Assembly: GCA_027021705.1 (NCBI GenBank) | Contig: JALUTT010000085.1 | Coordinates: 1-64,000 of the forward strand | DNA length: 64,000 nucleotides | Direction of reading: 5' to 3' | From: Anaerolineae bacterium | GTDB taxonomy: Bacteria; Chloroflexota; Anaerolineae; S140-20 | Part shown: in pieces, positions 32,481 through 42,945 of the stretch | How positions within the stretch are numbered: the first letter of the stretch is position 1 | Layout: the number at the start of each line of letters is the position of its first letter | The notes under the pieces: model-generated | The model's input: the letters and a program-made list of their open reading frames with translations, nothing else | What the model was told of the DNA's origin: nothing | Database searches by the model: none | Made by a program: the position numbers and the translations under genes

Positions 32481-33050
32481 TTATCCTTTCATCGGATCGC
32501 CAAAGCGGGTGACCAGCCCCTCCGGCAGGATGGCCCGGTGGGCGAACCGGCCTTCGGGATCGGCCTGCGGGGTGGCGAGTTCGGGGCTGGGGGGCGGGTC
32601 CAGCAGCATCGCCTTGGTGTAGATGTTCTCGCCTCGCTCGTAGAAGGCCAGTTCGTAGTCGTGGCCCAGGACGATGGCGTTGGTCGGGCAGGCATCCTCG
32701 CAGTAGCCGCAGAAGATGCAGCGGAGCATATTGATCTCGTAGACGCGGGCGTACCGCTCCCCCGGCGAGTAGCGTGCCTCGTTGGTGTTCTCCCCCGCCT
32801 CGACAAAGATGGCATCGGCCGGGCAGGCCGCCGCGCAGAGGGCGCAGCCGATGCAACGCTCCAGGCCGTTCTCGTAACGTCGGAGGTGGTGGCGTCCTCG
32901 GAAACGGGCCTTCGGTGGACGTTTCACCTCCGGGTACTGCACCGTCACCGGCCGGCGGAAGAGGTGGCGCAGGGTCACGGACAGCCCCTCGGCAATCCGC
33001 GCCGGCCAGGTCACCATCTCTTTCAGCGTATAGCCGCGATCATCGCGCAC
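32481..33050 (-). CDS. nuoI: NADH-quinone oxidoreductase subunit I
   Basis: [12 protein letters not shown] and [12 protein letters not shown]. Confidence 0.95.
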   Translation of the reverse strand: MRDDRGYTLKEMVTWPARIAEGLSVTLRHLFRRPVTVQYPEVKRPPKARFRGRHHLRRYENGLERCIGCALCAAACPADAIFVEAGENTNEARYSPGERYARVYEINMLRCIFCGYCEDACPTNAIVLGHDYELAFYERGENIYTKAMLLDPPPSPELATPQADPEGRFAHRAILPEGLVTRFGDPMKG

Positions 33051-33066
33051 GGTTTGCCTCCTGTTC

Positions 33067-33157
33067 CTATGAAATCAACGCATCACTCACTACGGGCATA
33101 TGCCAAGTCGTTCTCCATCTCCTCCCGGCTGTAGTGTCGGGGAACACCTCGTTCACC
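33067..33157 (-). pseudogene. remnant of UPF0175-like antitoxin C-terminus and DUF3368/PIN-like N-terminus
   Basis: GERGVPRHYSREEMENDLAYARSE* (33157-33083) overlapping [10 protein letters not shown] (33099-33067). Confidence 0.5.
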
Positions 33158-33192
33158 CCCCCTTCCCAGGTAGTTCTTCCCAACAAGCGCCG

Positions 33193-33603
33193 TCATCCCT
33201 GCCAGAAGTCATCGGGTAGCTTCCGCAACACTACTTCGCGCACTTGATAGGCGATCTCTACAGCTTCTTGGGCATCCTCCAATAGAGGTGCCTCAAACTC
33301 AGGATAGCGGGCTTCCACTGCATAAGGCGTTAGCACCGCAGCGATGTCCTGCAATGCCAGCCACTCGACATCTTGTTGGCCCGCCAGCAGGACCAAGTCC
33401 TCCAGGGCGTGAGTTCGAGGGAAAGGAACGCCCTTCCACACCAGATAGGCTTTCAGGTACTTCTCTGCAGCCTGCTGAGCGTGAAAGCAAACAATGTCTG
33501 TGAACGGTTGAGGCGAGGCGAGGGCCATCTCGGCGGTCGCCAGATCACGTCTGGCCTTCTCGAGCCACCTCTGCACCAGATCGCCTTTCTCCCGTCTTCT
33601 CAT
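33193..33603 (-). CDS. HEPN domain protein
   Basis: WLEKARRDL, CFHAQQAAEKYLKA, RTHAL, ARYP. Confidence 0.9.
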   Translation of the reverse strand: MRRREKGDLVQRWLEKARRDLATAEMALASPQPFTDIVCFHAQQAAEKYLKAYLVWKGVPFPRTHALEDLVLLAGQQDVEWLALQDIAAVLTPYAVEARYPEFEAPLLEDAQEAVEIAYQVREVVLRKLPDDFWQG

Positions 33604-33958
33604 AAAGGCGCTTGCCCTCCCGCACAACTGTTGTGATAAAGGCCTCGGGAACCTCACTCCAGGCCTCGATCTCGTCCGGCGTGTACACCAGAATGTCCTT
33701 GGGAATGAGAAGCCCGGCCAGGGCACGGTAAACAGGGATCGCCCGCTTATACCGAGGCAGCCGAGACTCCATCACAACCAAGATGTCCAAATCGCTTTGC
33801 CGATGGGGTGTTCCTCGACCGTGGGAACCGAAGAGGATGATGGACTCCGGGTCCACCGCGTCCACGATCCGGCGCACCACCTCCCGGAGGACGGCCTCGT
33901 CCACCTGCTGAACCCACCGCACCGAGGGCTGGTCCTGGTGAGCACTTCCCTCCGCCAT
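33545..33958 (-). CDS. minimal nucleotidyltransferase (MNT antitoxin)
   Basis: ILFGSHGRG...SDLDILVV; overlaps HEPN start. Confidence 0.9.
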   Translation of the reverse strand: MAEGSAHQDQPSVRWVQQVDEAVLREVVRRIVDAVDPESIILFGSHGRGTPHRQSDLDILVVMESRLPRYKRAIPVYRALAGLLIPKDILVYTPDEIEAWSEVPEAFITTVVREGKRLYEKTGERRSGAEVAREGQT

Positions 33959-33984
33959 CGGCCTCTCTCCTAAGCCTCCACCGT

Positions 33985-35019
33985 TCACCCCAGCAGCGCC
34001 AGCACCCCGGCCGTGACGATGACGTTGAGCAGAGCCAGAGGGAGCAACACCTTCCACCCAAAGGCCATCAGCCGGTCGTAGCGGAAGCGGGGCAGGGTGG
34101 CCCGCAGCCAGACCATCACCACCAGGAGCACCAGGACCTTGGCCGTGAACCAGAGGGGGGATAGCCAGGTGAAGCCACCGATGGCTTCCCACAATCCTCG
34201 CAACAGGTTGGGGAAAGGCGGTAGCCAACCGCCGAAGAAAAGGGTCACGGCCAGCCCGCTCACCCCGATCATCTTCACGTACTCGGCCATGAAGAAGAGG
34301 GCGAACTTCATCCCGCTGTACTCGGTGTGGTAGCCGGCCGTCAACTCCTGCTCCGCCTCGGGCATGTCGAAGGGCGCTCGGTTGACCTCGGCCAGCCCGG
34401 TGAGGATGAAGACGACGGCGGCCACCGGCTGCAGGAAAGCGTACCAGACGCCCCCTTCCATCTGGCGGCGAACGATCTCGTGCATGCTCATCGAGCCGGC
34501 CAGGAGCAGCACCCCCAGGATGGCCAGCCCCATCGCCAGCTCATAGCTGATCATTTGGGCCGAGGAGCGGAGCCCCCCCAACAGCGGGTACTTGCTGTTG
34601 GAGGCCCAGCCGGCCAGGACGATCCCGTAGACGCTGATGGAGGTGATGGCGAGCACGTAGAGGATGCCCACGTTGATGTCGGTGATGGCGAAGGAGATGG
34701 AGCGTCCGAAGAGCGTCACCTGCCCTCCGATGGGGACGACGGCCAGCAGGATGAGGGCCGGCACCACGGTGATGACGGGGGCCAGGGTGAAGAGCGTCTT
34801 GTCGGCCTGGGCCGGAGCTACCTCTTCCTTGAAGAGCAGCTTGATGCCGTCGGCCACCGGCTGGAGCAGTCCGAAGGGACCGACTCGGTTGGGGCCGTAG
34901 CGCACCTGGAAGCGAGCCACCATCTTGCGCTCGATCCAGGTCATGTAGGCGAACCCGGTCAACAGCAGCACAATGAGGATGATGCTCTTGATCGTGGCCT
35001 CGATGATCAGGGCGGTCAT
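33985..35019 (-). CDS. nuoH: NADH-quinone oxidoreductase subunit H
   Basis: GPNRVGPFGLLQPVADGIK, RAPFDMPEAE, LPRFRYD. Confidence 0.96.
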   Translation of the reverse strand: MTALIIEATIKSIILIVLLLTGFAYMTWIERKMVARFQVRYGPNRVGPFGLLQPVADGIKLLFKEEVAPAQADKTLFTLAPVITVVPALILLAVVPIGGQVTLFGRSISFAITDINVGILYVLAITSISVYGIVLAGWASNSKYPLLGGLRSSAQMISYELAMGLAILGVLLLAGSMSMHEIVRRQMEGGVWYAFLQPVAAVVFILTGLAEVNRAPFDMPEAEQELTAGYHTEYSGMKFALFFMAEYVKMIGVSGLAVTLFFGGWLPPFPNLLRGLWEAIGGFTWLSPLWFTAKVLVLLVVMVWLRATLPRFRYDRLMAFGWKVLLPLALLNVIVTAGVLALLG

Positions 35020-35033
35020 CGTGACTCCTCGGA

Positions 35034-37550
35034 TCAGCGGGGGCTCACGGCCTCCCTTGGGCGCTCGCGGAGGTCTATGAGCCGGGGCTTGAGGACGGTC
35101 GAACGGTTGATCAGCGTGCCGGCCCGCATCAGGCGGCGCACCGGGACGGTCTCAGGGGGCCGGGCCGGAGGCACCGGCAGGGGAACCCAGGCCGGACGCG
35201 CCAGGGTGGGGTCCTGCTCCACCAGCGAAGGCCAGCGGCAGCCCAACCCCCCTTCGTTCTGGTAGGCCGTGCCGCTGAAGTAGAGGTCCTCCCGGCCCAC
35301 GGGAGGCCACTGGGGCTCGGTCTCGGCCAGCCGCTCGTAGCTCAGGCCGGCGTAGATGGGCACCGCCGAGACCAGGGCTTGGAAGACTTCCTCGGCCGTT
35401 CGGTAAGGCCAGTCCAGCCCCAGACGGCGGCCCAGCCGGGTCAGGATCTGCCAATCGGGACGCCCCTCACCCAGCGGGGGCAGGGCTTGGTAGAAACGCT
35501 GCACCCGTCGGTCGCCGCTGGTGTAGGTTCCCTCCTGCTCGGCGAAGCTGAGGGCCGGCAGCACCACGTCGGCTCGGCGGGCGGTCTCGGTCAGGAAGAG
35601 TTCCTGCACCACCAGGAAGTCTAGCTTCTCCAGAGCGTCGGCGGTGCCCGGGTCGTCGCCGACCGGGTCGGCCGCGGCGATGAGCATCCCCTTCAGGTCG
35701 CCCGCCCGGGCTGCGGCCAGCATCCCGGTGAAGCCCAGACCGGCCTCCTCCGCAGGCCGATAGCCGGGCAGCCGGACGGGGCAGAGGCCCAGGTCCTGAG
35801 CGCCCTGGGTGTTGTTGTGGGGCCAGAGAGGAAGCAGGCCGCTGTCGGGCTCCCCGGCGTGACCGGTGACGATGAGCAGGTTGGCCGCCATCTGGACCAG
35901 CGCCTCGGTCGCCTCGGGGGCCATCCCCTCACTCCCGAAGAGGATGACCAGCCGCTCCGCCTCGGCCACCGCCTGGGCTGCCGCCCGGACTTCCTCCGGC
36001 GCGACGCCGGTCTGCCGGGCCAGCTCCTCCCCATCCTGCTCGGCCAGGCGGGTCCGCAGCGTCTCCAGCCCCGGCAGAGGGGGGTTGCCCACCGCCGGAA
36101 CCGCCTCCCCCTCCGGCCGGGGTTCGGGGACGAGGAGCACCCTCAGCAGGGCGGCCAGCAAGTGGGGGGCCGTGCCGTAGTGGTAGCGGAGCCGATGGAC
36201 GGCAGAGCGGTCCAGCCGGGTGGCGCGGGCGTTGGCGACGATGAGCCGGGCCCCCCGCCGGACGGCTCCCCTCACCCGCAGGAACCAGATGGGGGCCGCT
36301 TCGTGGGGATCGCCGGCGACCACCAGGATGGTCGTTCCCCGGCCCCAACGTCCGAAGTCGCTCTCCTGGGGCAATCCGAACCGGGCGACTCCCTCGGCGC
36401 CGGCGACGGCGGGGTAGCCGTCCACGTGGGGCGTGCCCAGCCCCTGGCGCAGCAGGGCCTGGAAGAGGAAGAGGTCTTCGTTGCTCAGCCGGTCGCCGGC
36501 CACCCCTCCCAGCGCTTCGGAGCCGTGGGCCTCCTTGATCTCTTGGAGCCGTTGGGCTACCAGGTCCAGGGCTTCCTTCCAGGTGGCCGGCCGGAGCTCC
36601 CCATCGCGCCGGATGAGGGGGGTCTGCAAGCGGTCCTCGGCCCGGGCGTGGTGGTGACCGAAGCGCCCCTTGTCGCAGATCCAGATCTCGTTGACCTGCT
36701 CGTTCTGGCGGGGCATCACCCGCTTGATGACGGGAACGCCGCGCCTGCCCTCCAGCCGGGTGTCCAGCGTCAGGTTGCAGCCCACCGGACAGTGGGGGCA
36801 GATGCTGGGCGTGCGGGTCAGCTCCCAGGGACGTGCACCGAAGCGGAAATCGGCGCTGGTCAGCGCTCCCACGGGGCAGATGTCCGTGGTGTTGCCGGAG
36901 AAGATGCTGTCGAAGGGCGGGTCGGAGTGGGTGATGACCTGGGCGTGGCGTCCCCGGTGGAAGAAGGCGAGCACCGGGTCGCCGGCGATCTCCTCCTGGA
37001 AGCGGATGCAACGACCGCAGAGGATGCACCGCTCTCGGTCCAGGATGATCAGGTCGCCCAGGGGGACCCGCTTGTCCAGGTGCATCTTGTCGGCGTAGTC
37101 GAAGCGGCTGACGGTGGGGCCGTGGGCCAGCGTCAGGTTCTGGAGCGGGCACTCCCCGCCTTTGTCGCAGATGGGGCAGTCCAGGGGGTGGCTGGTCAGC
37201 AGGAACTCCAGGATCTCCTGGCGGGCCTCGATGACCGCCTCGGTGTTGGTGCGGACGACCAGGCCGTCCATCGCCCGCAGGGTACAGGCGGTCTGGAGCT
37301 TGGGAAACCAGCGGATGCGGGGGTTTCCGTCCTCATCCCGCTGGATCTCGCCGGTCTCCCGGTCGCGCATCACCGTGCCGGCCTCCACCAGGCACATCCG
37401 GCAGGCTCCGGCCGGCTCCAGCTTGGGGTGGTAGCAGAAGACGGGGACCTGGATGCCCAGCTTCCTGACCGCATCCACCACCGGAGTCCCGGCGGGCACG
37501 CTGATGGTCTGGTCGTCAATGGTCAGCGTTACCAGCTTATCATTGTGCAT
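35034..37550 (-). CDS. nuoG: NADH-quinone oxidoreductase subunit G
   Basis: FCYHPKL..CRMCLV, HPLDCPICDKGGEC, CILCGRC, CPHCPVGC; alternative start at 37583. Confidence 0.95.
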   Translation of the reverse strand: MHNDKLVTLTIDDQTISVPAGTPVVDAVRKLGIQVPVFCYHPKLEPAGACRMCLVEAGTVMRDRETGEIQRDEDGNPRIRWFPKLQTACTLRAMDGLVVRTNTEAVIEARQEILEFLLTSHPLDCPICDKGGECPLQNLTLAHGPTVSRFDYADKMHLDKRVPLGDLIILDRERCILCGRCIRFQEEIAGDPVLAFFHRGRHAQVITHSDPPFDSIFSGNTTDICPVGALTSADFRFGARPWELTRTPSICPHCPVGCNLTLDTRLEGRRGVPVIKRVMPRQNEQVNEIWICDKGRFGHHHARAEDRLQTPLIRRDGELRPATWKEALDLVAQRLQEIKEAHGSEALGGVAGDRLSNEDLFLFQALLRQGLGTPHVDGYPAVAGAEGVARFGLPQESDFGRWGRGTTILVVAGDPHEAAPIWFLRVRGAVRRGARLIVANARATRLDRSAVHRLRYHYGTAPHLLAALLRVLLVPEPRPEGEAVPAVGNPPLPGLETLRTRLAEQDGEELARQTGVAPEEVRAAAQAVAEAERLVILFGSEGMAPEATEALVQMAANLLIVTGHAGEPDSGLLPLWPHNNTQGAQDLGLCPVRLPGYRPAEEAGLGFTGMLAAARAGDLKGMLIAAADPVGDDPGTADALEKLDFLVVQELFLTETARRADVVLPALSFAEQEGTYTSGDRRVQRFYQALPPLGEGRPDWQILTRLGRRLGLDWPYRTAEEVFQALVSAVPIYAGLSYERLAETEPQWPPVGREDLYFSGTAYQNEGGLGCRWPSLVEQDPTLARPAWVPLPVPPARPPETVPVRRLMRAGTLINRSTVLKPRLIDLRERPREAVSPR

Positions 37551-37596
37551 CGTTCTCAGGAGCCTTTCTGTGGATTTGGGCACGCACTTTGTCCGT

Positions 37597-38859
37597 TCAC
37601 CGCCCCGCTTTCACCTTCGCCTCGTACTCCTCCCGCCAGTGCTTGAAGCTGGAGAGGACGGGGCTGGTGGCGAACTCGCCCAGCAGGCAGAAGGTCTTGC
37701 CCTGAATCTGACGGGCAACGTCTTCCAGGATCTCGATCTCCCGGCGGGTAGCAGTGCCCGCAGCGATCTTCTCGTAGAGACGGAGCATCCAGTAGGTTCC
37801 CTCGCGGCAGGGCGTGCACTTGCCACAGGACTCGTGCTCGAAGAAGGCGGTCATCCGATGGGCCGCCCAGACGATGTCCACCGTCTCGTCCAGCACGATG
37901 ACGGAGGCCGATCCCAGCATCGAGCCCGCCTGCTGGACCGATTCGTAGTCCAACGGGGTGTCCAGCACCTCCTCGGTGGCCGGCAGGAGGGGCGCCGAAG
38001 CACCGGCGGGCAGGATCGCCTTCACCGCCCGTCCCCCGGGCACCCCGCCCCCCAGTTCGTAGATGAGCCGGCGGAAGGTGACCTTGCCCAGCTCGATCTC
38101 GTAGTTGCCCGGACGGTTCACCCGCCCGCTCAGGCAGACGATCTTGGGGCCCGGGCTCTTCTCCGTGCCCATCTGCCGGTACCAGTCCGCCCCGTTGAAG
38201 ATGATGGGAGGCACGTTGGCAAGGGTCTCCACGTTGTTGATCACCGTCGGCTTGCCGTACAGCCCCACCGAGGCGGGGAAGGGGGGGCGCAGCCGGGGCT
38301 GGCCCAGCTTGCCTTCCAGGGAGTTGAGCAGCGCCGTCTCCTCCCCGCAGATGTAGGCCCCCGCCCCCAGGTGGACCACCAGCTCCAGGCTGAAGTCGGT
38401 CCCCAGGATGTGGCGGCCCAAATAGCCGGCGGCGTAAGCCTGGTCCACCGCCCGCTGCAGGACCTGAGCGGGCTGGTAGAACTCCCCCCGGCAATAGATG
38501 TAGGCCCGCTCGGCCTGGACGGCGTAGGCGGTCAGGATGGTCCCCTCGATCACCTGGTGGGGGTTCCCCTCCAGCAATTGCCGGTCCTTAAAGGTCCCCG
38601 GCTCGCTTTCGTCGGAGTTGACGACGACGTACTTGGGGAAGACATCCTTGGGCACGAAGCCCCACTTGACGCCGGTGGGGAAGCCGGCCCCACCCCGCCC
38701 GCGCAGCCCCGACGCCTTGACGACGTTGATCACCTCGTCGGGCGTCATCTCCGTCAGGGCCTTGCGCAGGGCAGCGTAGCCCCCGTGGGCCTCGTAGACC
38801 TCCAGATCGCGGATGTTGGGAACGTCACGGTCGCGCAGCAGAACGTGCGGTTGCAGCAT
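37597..38859 (-). CDS. nuoF: NADH-quinone oxidoreductase subunit F
   Basis: GRGGAGFPTG, GAGAYICGEE, ESCGKCTPCREG. Confidence 0.96.
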   Translation of the reverse strand: MLQPHVLLRDRDVPNIRDLEVYEAHGGYAALRKALTEMTPDEVINVVKASGLRGRGGAGFPTGVKWGFVPKDVFPKYVVVNSDESEPGTFKDRQLLEGNPHQVIEGTILTAYAVQAERAYIYCRGEFYQPAQVLQRAVDQAYAAGYLGRHILGTDFSLELVVHLGAGAYICGEETALLNSLEGKLGQPRLRPPFPASVGLYGKPTVINNVETLANVPPIIFNGADWYRQMGTEKSPGPKIVCLSGRVNRPGNYEIELGKVTFRRLIYELGGGVPGGRAVKAILPAGASAPLLPATEEVLDTPLDYESVQQAGSMLGSASVIVLDETVDIVWAAHRMTAFFEHESCGKCTPCREGTYWMLRLYEKIAAGTATRREIEILEDVARQIQGKTFCLLGEFATSPVLSSFKHWREEYEAKVKAGR

Positions 38860-38886
38860 GCCTTTCTCCCTGCCGGGTATCCCCTA

Positions 38887-39444
38887 TTACCCTGTCGCCC
38901 CCCGACCTTCCTCTTCTGAGAGCTCCGGTTCCAGCCCAACCACCCCCGGGATGCGCCCGTCGGCGGAGGGCATCCCCTCCGTCCGCAGCCGCTCGATCAG
39001 GGCGTCGAAGGCCTCCGGCGTCAGGTTCTCGTGGTACTCCAGATTGATCTGGGCCACCGGTGCCCGATGGCAGGCGGCGATGCACTTCACCGTCTCCAGG
39101 GTGAAGAGGCCATCGGACGTCGTCTCCCCCGGACGGATGCCCAGGCGCCGACAGGCGTGCTCGACCAGATCATCGGCCCCTCGCAGGGCGCAGGGGAGGT
39201 CGTTGCAGATTTGGACGACGTACTTCCCCACCGGCCGCTCGTAGAGGAGCGTGTAGAAGCCCACGATGGACTTCACCGTCGTGGGGTCCAGGTCCAGCAG
39301 GTCGGCGACCTCCCGGATGCCTTCCTCGGTGCAGTAGCCGTGCTCTTTCTGCACCAGGTAGAGCAGGGGCAGGATGGCGGACTGCCGGTCGGGATAACGG
39401 GCCAGGATGGTTTCGATCTCACGGGCATACTTGTCGCGGATCAT
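38887..39444 (-). CDS. nuoE: NADH-quinone oxidoreductase subunit E
   Basis: CNDLPC...CIAAC 2Fe-2S ligands. Confidence 0.93.
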   Translation of the reverse strand: MIRDKYAREIETILARYPDRQSAILPLLYLVQKEHGYCTEEGIREVADLLDLDPTTVKSIVGFYTLLYERPVGKYVVQICNDLPCALRGADDLVEHACRRLGIRPGETTSDGLFTLETVKCIAACHRAPVAQINLEYHENLTPEAFDALIERLRTEGMPSADGRIPGVVGLEPELSEEEGRGATG

Positions 39445-39451
39445 CGCCCCC

Positions 39452-40267
39452 TCACTGCAGCGTCTCGGCCAGGAAAGCCTCCAGCAGGGCGGTCACCCGT
39501 TCGGGCTGCTCCAGGTTGCTGATATGGCCGGCCTCGGGGATCACCTCCAGCCGGGCCCCGGGAATGGCCCGGGCCATCTCCTCCGCCTCGTGGGGCGGAC
39601 GGGGGATGTCGTCGGCCCCCACGACGACCAACGTCGGCGCTTGGATCTCCGGCAACCGGTCCAAGATCGAGATGCGGGAGAAGATGCCCCGCCCCACGGC
39701 CAGGACGCCGGGAATGCGCTCGGCCGGGATGGTCTGGAGATGCCGACGAAACCTGTCCACCAGGTCGGGCTTGTGCTCCATCGTGAGCGGTGAGAAGAAG
39801 AGGGAAACCACCGCCTCCAGGATCTGGGGAGGGAAGGCGCCGGCCTTCTCGATGACGTCCATCATCCCGAAGTAGCGGGTCCGGGTCTCCTCGGGCTCCG
39901 GCCCCACGTAGGTGTCCATCAGCACCAGGGCCGCCACCGCCTCTGGATGGTTCAGCGCCAGATGGGCCCCCCACATCCCCCCCACCGAGAGGCCGATCAC
40001 CGCAAAGCGCTCCAGCCCCAGCGCCTGGGCCAGCGCCCAGTGGTCCTCGGCCATCGCTTCAATGGCATAGGGGGTCTTCGGCGGGGGATCGGACTGCCCG
40101 TGGGCCCAGAGGTCGGGTACGATGCAGCGGTAGGACCGGGATAAAGCCGCCACCTGGGGCTCCCACATCCTCCGGTCCCACAGGTAGCTGTGCCCAAAGA
40201 GGAGGGGAAACCCCTCGCCCTGTTCCTCGTAGAAGATCCGCTGTCCCTTGATGGTGATGGATGGCAT
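39452..40267 (-). CDS. alpha/beta hydrolase inserted between nuoD and nuoE
   Basis: GLSVGG nucleophile elbow, GHISNLE. Confidence 0.9.
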   Translation of the reverse strand: MPSITIKGQRIFYEEQGEGFPLLFGHSYLWDRRMWEPQVAALSRSYRCIVPDLWAHGQSDPPPKTPYAIEAMAEDHWALAQALGLERFAVIGLSVGGMWGAHLALNHPEAVAALVLMDTYVGPEPEETRTRYFGMMDVIEKAGAFPPQILEAVVSLFFSPLTMEHKPDLVDRFRRHLQTIPAERIPGVLAVGRGIFSRISILDRLPEIQAPTLVVVGADDIPRPPHEAEEMARAIPGARLEVIPEAGHISNLEQPERVTALLEAFLAETLQ

Positions 40268-40296
40268 CTTCCCTCTCCCGCGTATTTATTCGGCCT

Positions 40297-40392
40297 ACCC
40301 TCCCGCAGGTCACCGGTCGAGGGCGCTTTCAGCCCCGATGGCTATTGGAAGCACGGTTTCACGTCGGAAACGCGCCTAACCTGCGGGAGGGT
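40297..40392. mobile_element. miniature inverted-repeat element (family also at 6738-6834, 12380-12472, 13311-13369)
   Basis: Perfect 14-bp IR accctcccgcaggt / acctgcgggagggt; 40287-40344 matches the reverse complement of 13311-13369. Confidence 0.55.
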
Positions 40393-40510
40393 GAACAGTT
40401 ACTCTCCTGCGCTCTTGTGAAAGCCGGTCACGCCATCCTCCCCCGGGGCGCAACGTTTCAGCCCGCCGGCACGGTCAACCACGCCGGGGGAGGGCAACAG
40501 GGAAGGCCGG

Positions 40511-41758
40511 TCAGCGATCCGCCTCCCCCAGGACGATGTCAATGCTCCCGATGATGGCCACCAGGTCCGCCACCAGCCCCCCCTTGGCCATCAGGGGCAG
40601 GGCCTGCAGGTGGACGAAGGAGGGGGCGCGGAAGTGGACCCGGCGCGGCTTGCCGCTGCCGTCGGAGCTGATGTAGACGCCGAACTCCCCTCGAGGGGAT
40701 TCCACCGCCTGGTAGACCTCGCCCTCCGGCGGCTTGAACCCCTCGGTCCAGAGCTTGAAGTGGTGGATCAGCGATTCCATACTGTAGGCCAGCTCTTCTT
40801 TGGGGGGCGGCGTCACCTTGCGGTCGGGGGTGCGCACCGGCCCGCCGGGCAGGTTGTCCAGAGCCTGCCGGATGATGCGCAGACTCTGGCGCATCTCGGC
40901 CAGCCGCACCCGGTAGCGGTCGTAGACATCGCCGTTGCTGCCCACCGGCACCTCGAAGTCGAAGTGGTCGTAGCTGCTGTAGGGCATCGCCTTGCGCAAA
41001 TCCCAGGCGATCCCCGTCGCCCGCAGGCTGGGGCCGGTCACCCCCCACTGGATGGCCTGCTCCTGGGTGATCACCCCAATGCCGATGGTGCGGTCCTTCC
41101 AGAGGGGGTTCTCCGTCAGCATCTCCTCGTACTCGTCCAGCCGCCGGGGGAGGTAATCCAGGAAGGCCCGCACGGCCCCCTCGAACTCCTCGGGCACGTC
41201 CCGCCACAGCCCGCCGACCCGGAAGAAGCTGGTCATCATCCGCTGGCCGGAGCAGATCTCGAAGATGTCCAGGACATGCTCCCGCTCTCGGAAGCAGTAG
41301 AGGAAGACGCTCATCGCCGCCAGGTCGAGGGCGCTGGTGGCCAGCCAGACCAGGTGGCTGGCGATGCGGGTCAACTCGGCCAGGATCACCCGGATGTACT
41401 GGGCTCGAGGGGGGACCTCCACGTCCATCAGCCGCTCGACGGCCAGGCAGTAGGCCAGGTTGTTGGAGAGGGGCGAGAGGTAGTCAATCCGGTCGGTGAG
41501 CGGGATCACCTTCTGGTAGGTGCGGTGCTCACAGCTCTTCTCGATGCCGGTGTGGAGGAAGCCGATGTCCGGGGCCACGTTGACCACCGTCTCCCCATCC
41601 AGCTCCAGCAGCAGCCGCAGGACGCCGTGGGTGCTGGGATGCTGAGGCCCCATGTTCAGCAACATTGTCTCCCCGGTCAGCGCCCGCTCGGAGACCAGGG
41701 TGCGCAACTGCTGCCAGGTCAGCTCGGTCAGTTGGGTTGCGTGCTCTGCTTCAGCCAT
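40511..41758 (-). CDS. nuoD: NADH-quinone oxidoreductase subunit D
   Basis: NMGPQHPSTHGVLRL, ESPRGE, DIVLGEADR. Confidence 0.96.
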   Translation of the reverse strand: MAEAEHATQLTELTWQQLRTLVSERALTGETMLLNMGPQHPSTHGVLRLLLELDGETVVNVAPDIGFLHTGIEKSCEHRTYQKVIPLTDRIDYLSPLSNNLAYCLAVERLMDVEVPPRAQYIRVILAELTRIASHLVWLATSALDLAAMSVFLYCFREREHVLDIFEICSGQRMMTSFFRVGGLWRDVPEEFEGAVRAFLDYLPRRLDEYEEMLTENPLWKDRTIGIGVITQEQAIQWGVTGPSLRATGIAWDLRKAMPYSSYDHFDFEVPVGSNGDVYDRYRVRLAEMRQSLRIIRQALDNLPGGPVRTPDRKVTPPPKEELAYSMESLIHHFKLWTEGFKPPEGEVYQAVESPRGEFGVYISSDGSGKPRRVHFRAPSFVHLQALPLMAKGGLVADLVAIIGSIDIVLGEADR

Positions 41759-41785
41759 TCCGATCCATCCTGGGTGGTGAGCCGA

Positions 41786-41889
41786 TAAGGCGACAAGGTG
41801 ATAGGGCAGTAAGGCAGTAAGGCGACGAGACGATAAGGCAATAGGGCAATAAGGCGATAAGGCGATAGGGCGACGAGACGATGGGACGG
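41786..41889. repeat. degenerate 8-bp tandem array (taaggcga-like, about 13 units)
   Basis: taaggcga caaggtga tagggcag taaggcag... between nuoC and nuoD. Confidence 0.85.
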
Positions 41890-41920
41890 CGAGAGCGCGC
41901 GGAGGGGGCCGGCAAGGGGC

Positions 41921-42427
41921 CTACTCCCGGGCAAAGGGCTTTTCGGCGTAGATACGGGCTTTGTTGAAGGAGTAGGCGATCTCTTCGACGACGACGGGGA
42001 TCTCCTTGCGCAGCGGATGGCCCTCCCACTCGGCCGGCAGCAGGATGCGCCGGGGGTCGGGATGGCCCTCGAAGCGGATGCCCATCAGGTCGAAGGCCTC
42101 CCGCTCGTGCCAGTTGGCCCCCGGCCAGACGCCGGTCACGGTGGGCACCGCCGGGTCTTCTTCCTCGACGAAGACCTTGACCCGCAACCGTTGGCGGTGG
42201 TCCAAAGAGAGCAGGTGGTAGTTGACGGCGAAGCGGGGGGTGCGGGGCAGGTAGTCCACGGCGCAGAGGTCGGCCAGCATGTTAAACCCCTCTTCGTCGC
42301 GCAGGTAGGTGCAGACCTCCACCAGCGCTTCTCGGGGCACCACCACCGTCGTCTCCCCTCGGAAGGTGATCACGTCCTGGATGGCTGTGGGAAACCGCTC
42401 TCGCAAGCGGGCGATCAGGGCTTCCAT
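41921..42427 (-). CDS. nuoC: NADH-quinone oxidoreductase subunit C
   Basis: WHEREAFDLMGIRFEGHP..RRIL, GHPLRK. Confidence 0.95.
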   Translation of the reverse strand: MEALIARLRERFPTAIQDVITFRGETTVVVPREALVEVCTYLRDEEGFNMLADLCAVDYLPRTPRFAVNYHLLSLDHRQRLRVKVFVEEEDPAVPTVTGVWPGANWHEREAFDLMGIRFEGHPDPRRILLPAEWEGHPLRKEIPVVVEEIAYSFNKARIYAEKPFARE

Positions 42428-42456
42428 AGCAGGCTCCTACGGGCTCCTGACGAATC

Positions 42457-42945
42457 CTACGAACGGGGTGTCTCGACCAGTTTCTCCCGGCGGATCTTCT
42501 CGTGCAGCTTCATGATGCCGTGGATGAGGGCTTCGGGGCGCGGAGGGCAACCGGCCACATAGACATCCACAGGGACGATCTCGTCCACCCCCTGGACGAT
42601 GGCGTAGTTGTTGAAGACGCCGCCACAGGAGGCACAGTCCCCCATCGCGATGACCCACTTGGGCTCCGGCATCTGGTCGTAGAGGCGGCGCAGCACCGGC
42701 GCCATCTTCCGGGAGACCCGCCCGGCCACGATCATCAGGTCCGACTGGCGGGGGGAGGCCCGCATCAACTCCATCCCGAAGCGCGAGAGATCATAGCGGG
42801 AGGCCTGGGTCGCCATCATCTCGATGGCGCAACAGGCCAGCCCGAAGAGCATCGGCCAGAGGGACCCGCTGCGGGCCCAGTTGACCGCTTGTTCCAACGT
42901 TGTGGTGACAACGCCCAACTGGCCCAGCCTGGACTCTAATCCCAT
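42457..42945 (-). CDS. nuoB: NADH-quinone oxidoreductase subunit B
   Basis: [16 protein letters not shown]. Confidence 0.96.
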   Translation of the reverse strand: MGLESRLGQLGVVTTTLEQAVNWARSGSLWPMLFGLACCAIEMMATQASRYDLSRFGMELMRASPRQSDLMIVAGRVSRKMAPVLRRLYDQMPEPKWVIAMGDCASCGGVFNNYAIVQGVDEIVPVDVYVAGCPPRPEALIHGIMKLHEKIRREKLVETPRS

